From Candidatus Multivoradales bacterium (GTDB taxonomy: Bacteria > Acidobacteriota > Thermoanaerobaculia > Multivoradales > J023), in assembly GCA_965248925.1 (NCBI GenBank), contig CBDFLE010000006.1, positions 2,528,001-2,592,000 of the forward strand: a stretch of 64,000 bases of DNA. The letters run 5' to 3'. Of this stretch, positions 20,160 through 28,743 are shown piece after piece; the stretch's first letter is position 1; every line of letters begins with the position of its first letter. The notes under the pieces are model-generated. The model saw nothing but the letters and a program-made list of their open reading frames with translations, had not been told where the DNA came from and searched no databases. Made by a program: the position numbers and the translations under genes.

Positions 20160-20247
20160 GGTGGATCGAGGTTCTCTGGCTGACTTTCGGCGGTGTAGGT
20201 GGTTCAGCTGAAGACTTGGTCATCTTAAACTCCTTCCGCGATCCCAT
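20160..20247 (-). pseudogene. Degenerate Rhs core fragment
   Basis: Aligns to 23508-23605 (TCGGCGGTGTAGGTGGT, AGCTGAAGAC, ACTCCTTC) with a deletion and a stop. Confidence 0.7.
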
Positions 20248-20258
20248 CGCAAACCTAC

Positions 20259-20681
20259 TCACGATCCCGGAGGACCGAGCTGAGGGGATACCCAACTAAC
20301 CTGGTAGACTCGGACGCTATCGACAACACTTCCCCCAAAGTGCTTGTTGAGTAGGTTTACCAACTCCTCTTGGAAGGCCTCCCTCGTTTCACCGTCTAGT
20401 AGACGCAGGCCATAAGAAGTAGACCTATCCACAACGAGCCCTCTAGCAATACTCAGATTTTCCTCTGTGAGTTCAAGAAGAACCTCCTTCTTCCCATACA
20501 AAGTTACTCTAAAGATCAGACCCAAGTGATCTCCCAGCTCAGCTTCGAGCGTCCTAGGAGAGATCTCTAAGGCAAAAACGTTATCAACCGCCCTTCCAGT
20601 GAGTTTGTCTTGCTCAGCGGCCTGTTCGGTACAAGCGCTAAGAACAAGCAGAAACATAAACGTGAGTACGAGAATCCGCAT
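20259..20681 (-). CDS. Lipoprotein, putative immunity/partner of the main Rhs tip
   Basis: ATG overlaps the Rhs stop (TAATG); MRILVLTFMFLLVLSAC lipobox; low GC. Confidence 0.7.
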   Translation of the reverse strand: MRILVLTFMFLLVLSACTEQAAEQDKLTGRAVDNVFALEISPRTLEAELGDHLGLIFRVTLYGKKEVLLELTEENLSIARGLVVDRSTSYGLRLLDGETREAFQEELVNLLNKHFGGSVVDSVRVYQVSWVSPQLGPPGS

Positions 20682-23600
20682 TAGAATGGACTGCCCAGAA
20701 AAGATCCAGGATACAAGCCATTCAGACAATCGCTACCGATCCCATACGCTTCGCACTCAAGAAGATTTCTTACTTGGGAGACTGAAACACCGGCTGCAAG
20801 CAGGTTTATAATTCGAGGCTCCCTCAGCTGGGATTCGTGCTTTCTCTCATGTTGGCAAACACAATAGTCGACACAATCGTCTCCAGATGGCACGTACCGC
20901 GGCCCATCTCCTACGTCCCCGACCCGTCGAGCACCCCCTTCTCGCTCGAGCTGTGCTACCTGGGGTGGATAAGTCGGGCTATTTCTGAATTTGCAAAACT
21001 CTCCGCCGATGCGACGAGAGAATTGCAAAGCGCCAGAAATTACAGATGGCCTACAGGGTGCCGGACATGGTTTCGTGGCATCTGGAGGGCACTGTAAAGG
21101 CAAGCCTGAAGAAAGTGGGTCCCCTGCGAACAATCCTAACTCATCGGAAAGCCGTATCGGCTGTGCATCTGCGTACCAATAGCCATTGGCTTCAGATGGG
21201 ATTCTAATCCCCAAAGGGTCGAGCCTTGAGTATCTTCCGTCTCTTGCCAAGTACCATCGGTGGCCGTTGTATGTAACAGAGGAAGTTGAACTCCAGGATC
21301 CGTCCTCCCACTGCCCAGGGAAACGTAAGAACACTTCGCCGCTCCCCATCCCAGCGTAGTCCTGGCCAAATGGCTCAAACCCACCATCCCGACTGACTGC
21401 CCCGTCTCCCCGCGCGGCAAGCACAATTGTGCCGAGGTGGTCTACGCTGAGGTGGAGAAGCTCATCACCTTCAGACTGCGCGGCAGGCTGCCCCCCATGG
21501 TAGAGAATAGCGCTGACTCCAGACTCCCCAGCCCGCTGCTGGAGCACCCCCGCCGAACTGTAAGTAGCCAGAGTCACAGCCTGGGCCAGACAGCTACTAG
21601 TCCCAGCACCGTCCCAGGCGCTAGTATCGCCGCTTTCAAAGCCATCGCAGAAGAGAGCGTTGCCGGAGGTATCCGGCTCTCGACCGGTAGCTTTGCGCAG
21701 GTGGCTGCGACCGTCGTAGAGAATCACTGAGATGCTCTGTGCCGATGCACGCTCTATCTTCGATAGTCGACCTGCATCGTCAAAGTTGTAGCTCACTGCG
21801 TCCCCATTGTTATCGATGCCAATCTGGTTGCCGGCAGCATCGAAAGTGTAGAAACGGGCGCCGCCTACACCGAGCGCGACCTGGTCGAGTTTCGCTGTAT
21901 TACCGATACCCGCGGCGTTGCTAAGATACTGATAGATGTCGGTCGCACTGTCACGAGTCTCGCTGAGTCGGTTCCCGATTCTGTCATAGGTCCAGGCAAG
22001 ATTTCCCCAGGGGCCATCGCCCTGGGTCAGGAAATACTGATAGTCCTGGTAACCGTATGTGCGGTTGTTCGACGCGTCAAGCACATCTGCAATTGACCTG
22101 ACATTCCCTACCCCGTCGATCACGTAGTCCCAATCGAGCAAGACGCCGCTTGGGCCTACAACCGAGATACGCTCTGGCTTGTAGCGGCTATCGAAGAGTC
22201 GGCTTTCGCTCACACCATTGCCGCGCGTCAGCTGGCGCAGAGGGCCGAGGGGCTGGTAGAGGGCTCCCGTGACGATCGATTGGATGCCCTGACCTGGCAC
22301 GTCGGCATCGAGAGTCAGGTGACGGTCAGCATGATCGAATGTGTAGATCGCCCTCACACCACCAGGGTACAGGATCTCGCTCTTGTTGCCGTTGGTGTCG
22401 AAGGCGTAGGTCAGCTCGCCGTCTTGCGTCATGCGGCCGAAGCGATCGTACTGGTAGTCGATCGGCTGACCTTCACGCTCGATCCGGGTCAGCCGGCCGA
22501 GGCTGAAGGGCACCAGCCCGTCATCGTAGGTGTACGTCACATCGAGGGTGTCATCGGGGTAGTCGACGAGGGTGACCCGATCCAGCTCATCGAGAGTGCG
22601 GCCGGTGGCAATGCTGCGAGCGTCGATGGTCTGGGTGAGTCGGCCGTGCTCGTTGAACGCATGGCTGGTCACGCCAGAGACCTCGGAGGTCTCGCGGGTC
22701 GGCAAATCTCGATCGGAGTATAGATAGCCGGTGACCGTGCCCTCTGGGTCAGTCACCGTGGTCAAATGATCTTGAACGTCAAAACCGTAGGCCGTCACGG
22801 CCTGACCACCGGCCGTGCCCCCGAATGGCTGGCTGACGGTGGTCAAGCGGTCTAGCGGATCATAGGCGTAAACCGTGCTGGCTTCAGCGGTTTGGCCCGC
22901 GGAGGGGTGGTTCGCGTCCCAGATCCTCTCGATCTGCCCATCGCAATCATACGAAAACTCCGTGATCGCCTGTTCGGGGCTGCCAGTACCCGCGATGACT
23001 CGATCGAGATGGCACCGCGTGGAGTAGAGATAGTCTGTCCGGAACTCGCTTACCCAAGTAGCGCCGTCCCAGCTTTGCAACTCTTCGCGGACCCGGTGAC
23101 CAAAGCCATCGAGGGTATAGAAGCTGCGCTCGATGTGGCTGCCGGGCAAGTCATCGGGCTTTCGCTCGATGGACACAAGTCTGCCTGTGGGATCGTAGCC
23201 ATATTCGATCACGTTGCCGCGCGGCAGGACGGTTTGGAAGAGGTCGCCAAAGACCGTGTAGCGTTGCTCGGTGATCAGATCCTCTGCCGGTATTGCGCCT
23301 TTCTGGATGCTGAACAGAACACGATTGAGCGGGTCGTACTGCGTTTCGCTAGCTACGCCGTTGGGGTCGGTGACTGAAGTTCGGCGATTGAAGGGGTCGT
23401 AACCGAACAGAGTGCTGCCGATCAGCGGATCGGTACGGCTGGCCAGCACCAGGCCGCCACGGGCAGCGTCCCAGGCGCTGGTGGTGACATCGGCGGTGCC
23501 GTAGCCGGGTGGGTCGCGGTCTTCGGGTTGGCCCTCGGCGGTGTAGGTGGTCGTGGTGGTGTAGCTGAAGACCTGGCCGTCTTCTACTCCTTCGTCGATC

Positions 23601-25189
23601 CGATCAGTGGCGTTGCCTTGGCCGCTGAGGGTGAAGGTTGTACGGCGGAAATCGAGAGGGGTGCCGGTGGTCGAGGGGCGCTCGATCTCGGTGATCAAGG
23701 CCGGGTAGGTGAGGTCGCGCTGCCAAGTGGTCTCGCGCTCCAGCGCCGTGCCTAGAGCTTCGACACGGGAGATTGCTTGGCCGTTGGCGTCGTAGGTGGT
23801 GAGCGTCGTGGTGCCGCCGCCGTCGATCTGGCGGGTGGGGCGCAGGGGGTGCGCCGGATCCTCATAGAACAGCCGGCTGTTGGGGCCGGTGCCGCAGCTT
23901 GGGCAGGAGCCTTCGAGCTGCTCTAGACGAGGCTTGCGGCTGTCGGAGTCGCGGCCCAAGGTGTAGGTGGAGATCTCGCCCATGGGGTCGGTGACCGTGG
24001 TGACCATGGGCAGCTGGGGATCGTCGAAGCTCATCGACCAGCGATCGACGGCGCCGGCATCGTTGAAGTTGGCCGCGCCTTTCCACATTTGCACTACATT
24101 GCCGAAGGGATCATAGGCCCAGGAGCCCGCGATCCACTCGCTAGCGTTTGTACCCTCCAGACTCATTCGGGTCATGTAGCCCGGCAAGGTTGGGTCATCG
24201 TAGAGGAAGACCCAGGCGGTGCCGTCGGGTCGGTCGATGCGGGTGAGGTCTTGACCGGTGAAGGTGTAACCCCAGGTGCGGCTGGTGATTCCGTCGCTGC
24301 CGACTTCTGTAATCGAGTCCAGCCTGCCGCCCGCCGAGTAGGTGAAGGTCTCCGAGCGGCCATCGGGGAAACTGACGGCGGTCAGCCGGCCAGTGCCGTC
24401 GCGGGTGGCGGTTTTGGCGTTGCCGTTGCGGTCGGTGGTCGAGGACCATAGGCCGGTGTCGTCGAATTGCATCAGGGTGCCGTCTAGCTCGAGCAGGGTC
24501 CAGCCGGTCGGGGTCTTGGTCAGAGTGCGGTATTCGTCGCTGGGAATGGTGCGGTCGTAGTCCCCGTCCATGTTTAGGTCGGTAAAGCGGCGGAAGGTGG
24601 CGTAGCGAGTGAGCAGCCAGACGTTGCTGTCATCGGGGTCGCGAGCGATTCTTTCGGTGTAGTCGTGGGCCCAATAGCGCCCCAGCTCCGCAGTGATGCC
24701 GGCCGAGCCGGGGTAGGTCGGGTGGCCGACGCCGCCAGCGTGGTAGCGCAGTAGGGCGCCGGGGCCGCTCTGCGGCGGCGAGGCGCCGCCTCCACCACCA
24801 CCCGCGCTGCCGCCTATTCCGCGGCCACCACCGACGCAGGTAGGGCAATTCTCATCTTCCGGGCAGCCGCTGGGCGGGGGTGGGGGTGGGCAGAGGGGCG
24901 ACAGGCTGAAGTCGACGACGCGGGTCGCTTCTTTCGGGCAATGGGGACAGAGGCCGAAGGCACAGGGGCAGGCGGTGGCGGTGATCGTGTAGCTGGCCAT
25001 CAGATCGCTGCAAGAGCTGGTGATGCCCCAGCTCAAGGTACCGTGATCTTCCTCGATCACCGCGCCCGAGAAGCCGCAGGTGCCCAGGGTGCCACCGCCG
25101 CTGGGGGTCACCGTGACGGTGGCGAAGCTATACAGGAAGCCCGAGGCGCTGGGATCGTTCTGGTGGTTTCCGGCGAAGTCGATCGGCAC
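20681..25189 (-). CDS. Rhs/YD-repeat protein with HExxH C-terminal domain (true 5' end probably 25436, frameshifted)
   Basis: Many YD repeats; LRFPGQW, RYSRLDPLG, PIRLSDELGL; tip CQHERKHE...LECEAY. Confidence 0.92.
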   Translation of the reverse strand: MPIDFAGNHQNDPSASGFLYSFATVTVTPSGGGTLGTCGFSGAVIEEDHGTLSWGITSSCSDLMASYTITATACPCAFGLCPHCPKEATRVVDFSLSPLCPPPPPPSGCPEDENCPTCVGGGRGIGGSAGGGGGGASPPQSGPGALLRYHAGGVGHPTYPGSAGITAELGRYWAHDYTERIARDPDDSNVWLLTRYATFRRFTDLNMDGDYDRTIPSDEYRTLTKTPTGWTLLELDGTLMQFDDTGLWSSTTDRNGNAKTATRDGTGRLTAVSFPDGRSETFTYSAGGRLDSITEVGSDGITSRTWGYTFTGQDLTRIDRPDGTAWVFLYDDPTLPGYMTRMSLEGTNASEWIAGSWAYDPFGNVVQMWKGAANFNDAGAVDRWSMSFDDPQLPMVTTVTDPMGEISTYTLGRDSDSRKPRLEQLEGSCPSCGTGPNSRLFYEDPAHPLRPTRQIDGGGTTTLTTYDANGQAISRVEALGTALERETTWQRDLTYPALITEIERPSTTGTPLDFRRTTFTLSGQGNATDRIDEGVEDGQVFSYTTTTTYTAEGQPEDRDPPGYGTADVTTSAWDAARGGLVLASRTDPLIGSTLFGYDPFNRRTSVTDPNGVASETQYDPLNRVLFSIQKGAIPAEDLITEQRYTVFGDLFQTVLPRGNVIEYGYDPTGRLVSIERKPDDLPGSHIERSFYTLDGFGHRVREELQSWDGATWVSEFRTDYLYSTRCHLDRVIAGTGSPEQAITEFSYDCDGQIERIWDANHPSAGQTAEASTVYAYDPLDRLTTVSQPFGGTAGGQAVTAYGFDVQDHLTTVTDPEGTVTGYLYSDRDLPTRETSEVSGVTSHAFNEHGRLTQTIDARSIATGRTLDELDRVTLVDYPDDTLDVTYTYDDGLVPFSLGRLTRIEREGQPIDYQYDRFGRMTQDGELTYAFDTNGNKSEILYPGGVRAIYTFDHADRHLTLDADVPGQGIQSIVTGALYQPLGPLRQLTRGNGVSESRLFDSRYKPERISVVGPSGVLLDWDYVIDGVGNVRSIADVLDASNNRTYGYQDYQYFLTQGDGPWGNLAWTYDRIGNRLSETRDSATDIYQYLSNAAGIGNTAKLDQVALGVGGARFYTFDAAGNQIGIDNNGDAVSYNFDDAGRLSKIERASAQSISVILYDGRSHLRKATGREPDTSGNALFCDGFESGDTSAWDGAGTSSCLAQAVTLATYSSAGVLQQRAGESGVSAILYHGGQPAAQSEGDELLHLSVDHLGTIVLAARGDGAVSRDGGFEPFGQDYAGMGSGEVFLRFPGQWEDGSWSSTSSVTYNGHRWYLARDGRYSRLDPLGIRIPSEANGYWYADAQPIRLSDELGLFAGDPLSSGLPLQCPPDATKPCPAPCRPSVISGALQFSRRIGGEFCKFRNSPTYPPQVAQLEREGGARRVGDVGDGPRYVPSGDDCVDYCVCQHERKHESQLREPRIINLLAAGVSVSQVRNLLECEAYGIGSDCLNGLYPGSFLGSPF

Positions 25190-25436
25190 TTCGATGGTGA
25201 TGGCGCAGGATTCGATCGCCGAGTCGCAGCCAGCCTCCGGGGTAAAGGTGGCGCCGGAGATGACCGGCGTGTAGCAGCGGGCGCCAGTGGAGCAAGTTCG
25301 AGGGTTGGTCAGCGAAGAATCCTTGTTCGAGGTAAGTGAGGACGCCGCTGCAGGCGGTGCCGGCTTGCAGTGCTGTTGCCAGGCTTAGAACGCTGAGGAA
25401 ACCGATGAGAAGGGAGAGGCTGATGGATCGGATCAC
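25128..25436 (-). CDS. Signal-peptide N-terminal segment of the Rhs gene, in a shifted frame
   Basis: GTG start after AGGAG; MIRSISLSLLIGFLSVLSLATALQA signal peptide; the Rhs frame stays open upstream of 25189 (TNPRTCSTGARCYTPVISG), implying a 1-nt frameshift near 25300-25320. Confidence 0.65.
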   Translation of the reverse strand: MIRSISLSLLIGFLSVLSLATALQAGTACSGVLTYLEQGFFADQPSNLLHWRPLLHAGHLRRHLYPGGWLRLGDRILRHHHRSADRLRRKPPERSQRLGLPV

Positions 25437-25648
25437 GATAAATCTCCTTGTTTCTAGCTGCTACTCACGACTCTTAGACTCTGTAGAGCGGGCGCCGGTT
25501 CCGGGAACTCTTGTTCAACTGATCAGCGATAACTCGTTTCTGGCATATCGGGCCATGCATTAGTCCAAAACAGGTTGGTTGGCTTGCAGGTCGGTGTCAA
25601 TCTCTCTGTTCTGGCGAGCCTGTTCATGGAGTAACGACTCTGCCCCCC

Positions 25649-26059
25649 CTACTTGCTCGACTCACGAAGTAGCCGGTACCGGACCTGTTTCATGCGGGTC
25701 TTGTTACCCCGGAAACGCGCGATCCGTGAGCCAAGGACGGTGATCAAACCGGTGTAGTCGATGCCGCGGTCTCGCTCTGGATCGAGCAGGTCGTGGGCGC
25801 GTTTCCAGGTGCGCCCATCGGCCGACAGCAACAAGTCCACCTGTTCGTTGAGCTGGAGGGCCGAGAACGCCCAATGGAAGGAGGCAATCTCGATCTCGGC
25901 GTCTCTGGCTAGATCTTGCAGCTCGGCCAACATGGGACCGGTGAGCGGATCGCGGCCGATCAGATACCACGCCAGCCGACCAAGATCGGCATTCGCCTCT
26001 TCTGCCAGCAACAGAAGGTTGGCCACTTCGTCGAGCTTGGGAATGGGGATGGCCGTCAT
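25649..26059 (-). CDS. Hypothetical helical protein
   Basis: 136-aa ORF coupled to the upstream ORF (ATGA overlap). Confidence 0.6.
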   Translation of the reverse strand: MTAIPIPKLDEVANLLLLAEEANADLGRLAWYLIGRDPLTGPMLAELQDLARDAEIEIASFHWAFSALQLNEQVDLLLSADGRTWKRAHDLLDPERDRGIDYTGLITVLGSRIARFRGNKTRMKQVRYRLLRESSK

Positions 26060-26295
26060 CGAGCGGGATCACCTCTTCGCAGGCGCAAGCGGACCGTCGG
26101 TAGCGCTTCGCGGCGCAAGGTGGCGAAGAGAGTCAGGATCTCGGCCGCCGCGTTGAGCGGCCGCAGGCTACCGATCTCGAATAGGGGTGCCGGTAGGGCT
26201 TGGCAGACAATGTCGAGCTGCTGGCCGATCTCGCCCAGCTCGACTTCCAGCTCTGCCAAAGCGGTGGTGACGGCTGCGGTGGTGAGAGATTTCAT
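26056..26295 (-). CDS. Small hypothetical protein
   Basis: 79-aa amphipathic ORF downstream of a structured leader. Confidence 0.55.
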   Translation of the reverse strand: MKSLTTAAVTTALAELEVELGEIGQQLDIVCQALPAPLFEIGSLRPLNAAAEILTLFATLRREALPTVRLRLRRGDPAR

Positions 26296-26302
26296 CGTTG
26301 AT

Positions 26303-26373
26303 CAACAAAAAAGGACGCGGCGGTCAGAGTTGCTGCGGGGTGGATGGGGACCTGTGCCACTCCGACCGCCGCT
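26303..26373 (-). terminator. Long hairpin plus U-tract (terminator/attenuator)
   Basis: Minus strand GCGGCGGTCGGAGT...ACTCTGACCGCCGC (14 bp, one G-U) followed by GTCCTTTTTTG. Confidence 0.55.
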
Positions 26374-26648
26374 GGGAGGAAAGAGACCCCAGCAAACAAA
26401 CGGTTGCTCTCGCCAGAGCATTCTTCCTGGTCTTGGCGCTTGCAGGGTGCGAGATCGGCTCAGGACTTTCGACTAGCGGTAGCCATCTAATGGACTGCAA
26501 GATCTGTCGGGACGGCGCTAGGCTCGCGCCAGAGGCAGGGCCTCGGCGGTCATTCCGACCGTTGGGGACGCTTCGAGAGGAGCGGCGAGGATCTGTGGAG
26601 GGGGCAACGAGGTGCAATCGGTAGGGGCGGCTCCGGGACAGGTCGAGG

Positions 26649-28307
26649 CTAGATCCTAGGGATTAGGTGCTCGGCAGGCGATGCTCGCAATTGTTGTAAC
26701 AGAGGCTCTGTGATCGATCGTGACGCCAGCGCCTCCCGTAGAGTTTGCCCCGCTGGCAGCGCACTGCTATCAGTCTTGTAGGTTTTGAGGAAGGGGAGGA
26801 GTTCGGTCGCGACTTTTTCGGCTTCCTGCCTGCGTCCTTGCCGCAAGTATAGGATCGCCAAGTCGACGGCAGCGCCCGCGGCTGACTCAAGTTCTTCCTC
26901 CGCCACAAGTGCTACTCGCGCTCGCACGAGGAGATCCTCTGCCTCTTGCAACCGACCGTTATCTCGGTAGATCCGGCCCTGCTGCGCCTGCAAGAGAGCC
27001 AGCACACTCGGACCGACCTTGAGGTCGGCTGCGAGTGTCTGCGCTTTTGTGAGCGATGTACTCGCTTCTTCTAGGTTGCCGGCAAGGGTGTACAAATCGA
27101 CCAAACTGGTGTAGACCGCCATCGTGAGCTGAGTACTTGCCGATGCACTGCGTTCGAGGTGGCTCTTGGCTTCAGCGAGATCAGCAATCGCCACTTTTAC
27201 ATCGCGCACATACCGGACGATATTGGACCTCACGACTAGCGCTTCTGCAAGCAGTTGGGCATCGCCGTATTCTCGTAACAAGGCTAGGGCAGCGTTCGCC
27301 AGTTCAAGGCCTTCTTCGTATCTGCACTGCGCCCAGCGCAAACCTGCCTTGCGGCGTAGAAGGTCTGCTTGAACGAGTGGGTTGGGCTGGGTCCTTGGAA
27401 GCTCCTCGTCAGCTCGGACGAACGCTTGCTCGGCAGCGAGAAAATCCAACGCCAACCGATAGGCGTTGCCGATCCACGCCCACCCTTGCGCTCGCAAGTT
27501 TGCGAGTTCGTGCGCCGGCAAGATTTCGGCGATTCCAGCCACGCTGTCGAGCGCCAGCTGCGCGAAATGCACCCCCAGCTGGCGATCTTTTCGCCCCTCG
27601 CTACGGCTTTTCTTGAGCAGCAGGCGAAAGAGAGCTGGCGTTGTGAGACGCACCTGCTCACTGACCAGGAGTCTCTGTTGTTGCCGATCGAGGCGGCGAA
27701 GAACTGGCCAGATCTGTGCCGCGACCTGGCGCTCGAAATCTTCTCCACTGATGGTGATCGGCAGCTCTGCGCTGAGCGGACTGTCGCCGCTGAGGCGCGC
27801 TTGCAGCGCGCGCAAATCTCGCAGCAGGGCTTGGTGCTGATCTTCGCTGGAAGCCTCCGGCTCAGCCTCGTTAGCCGCTGGCAGCTCGGGCGCTGGGAAT
27901 CTGCCACGCTGGCGGAGACGGTACTGCGTCGGCGGCATATGGAAGCGCTTGCCAAAAGCGCAGGCGAAGGTGGTGCTGTTCTTGTAGCCGGTCAGATGGG
28001 CGATCTGCCAAATCTTGAGCTTGGTGGTGCGCAGCAGCTCCGCCGCGGTGTCGAGACGGCGATCAATGACGTAGGCCCACAGCGATTGGCCTATGTTGGC
28101 ATGGAAGAGAGTGAAGACGGCACGGTCGCGAATATTGCAATCCTGCTGTATCTGCGTCAGCGACAGGTCGACATCGAAGAGGTGCTCTTCCAGGTACGTC
28201 AGCAGCGGCTTGACCTGATGGTCGGCTCGCGAGCGGTGCTTGGCCATCATGCTCAAGGCTCCCGCAGCGGCCTGCTGGCGCTGCTTCTCGCTCGCTGTGG
28301 GTTTCAA
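26649..28307 (-). CDS. AraC-type HTH fused to C-terminal TPR repeats
   Basis: RRLDTAAELLRTTKLKIWQIAHLTGYKNSTTFACAFGKRFHMPPTQYR; TPR-like AQGWAWIGNAYRL and further helical repeats. Confidence 0.85.
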   Translation of the reverse strand: MKPTASEKQRQQAAAGALSMMAKHRSRADHQVKPLLTYLEEHLFDVDLSLTQIQQDCNIRDRAVFTLFHANIGQSLWAYVIDRRLDTAAELLRTTKLKIWQIAHLTGYKNSTTFACAFGKRFHMPPTQYRLRQRGRFPAPELPAANEAEPEASSEDQHQALLRDLRALQARLSGDSPLSAELPITISGEDFERQVAAQIWPVLRRLDRQQQRLLVSEQVRLTTPALFRLLLKKSRSEGRKDRQLGVHFAQLALDSVAGIAEILPAHELANLRAQGWAWIGNAYRLALDFLAAEQAFVRADEELPRTQPNPLVQADLLRRKAGLRWAQCRYEEGLELANAALALLREYGDAQLLAEALVVRSNIVRYVRDVKVAIADLAEAKSHLERSASASTQLTMAVYTSLVDLYTLAGNLEEASTSLTKAQTLAADLKVGPSVLALLQAQQGRIYRDNGRLQEAEDLLVRARVALVAEEELESAAGAAVDLAILYLRQGRRQEAEKVATELLPFLKTYKTDSSALPAGQTLREALASRSITEPLLQQLRASPAEHLIPRI

Positions 28308-28454
28308 ATCACCTCTCCCTCCGGTATCCGACCTCGGAACCCTAACAGAAGGGCTCGGCCTTGATTCCCGCTAACAGTCCGTGGCTGCTGAGATTCAGGC
28401 AAAGCCAAAGTATCCGTAAACGGGTTACCAATCAACACCTTCTATGGTCACCCC

Positions 28455-28706
28455 ATGCGGCAATTAAGACTGGACAAGGAGAGCAAGCGTCTCCGCCTAC
28501 TGCTGCGAGAGATCCGCCACGAGCGCGGCATTACCCAGGTCGAGTTGGCCGCTCGGCTAGGGGTGCCGCAGTCATATGTTTCTAAAGTCGAGACCGGGGA
28601 ACGCCAGCTGGAGTTCGTGGCGGTGGAAGTGGTGTGCGCGGCGATGGGGCTGGGATTCGTGGATTTTGTCGGGCGGTGGGAAGAAGTGACCGCCAACGAC
28701 TCCTAG
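28455..28706 (+). CDS. XRE-family HTH protein
   Basis: RHERGITQVELAARLGVPQSYVSKVETGERQL; divergent from the AraC-TPR gene. Confidence 0.9.
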   Translation: MRQLRLDKESKRLRLLLREIRHERGITQVELAARLGVPQSYVSKVETGERQLEFVAVEVVCAAMGLGFVDFVGRWEEVTANDS

Positions 28707-28743
28707 GAGAAACCGCGACGGCTGATCATTATGAAGCAACCGT

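Noticed and set aside
28410-28428. Operator palindrome between AraC-TPR and XRE
   Set aside because: Too imperfect to support without comparative data.
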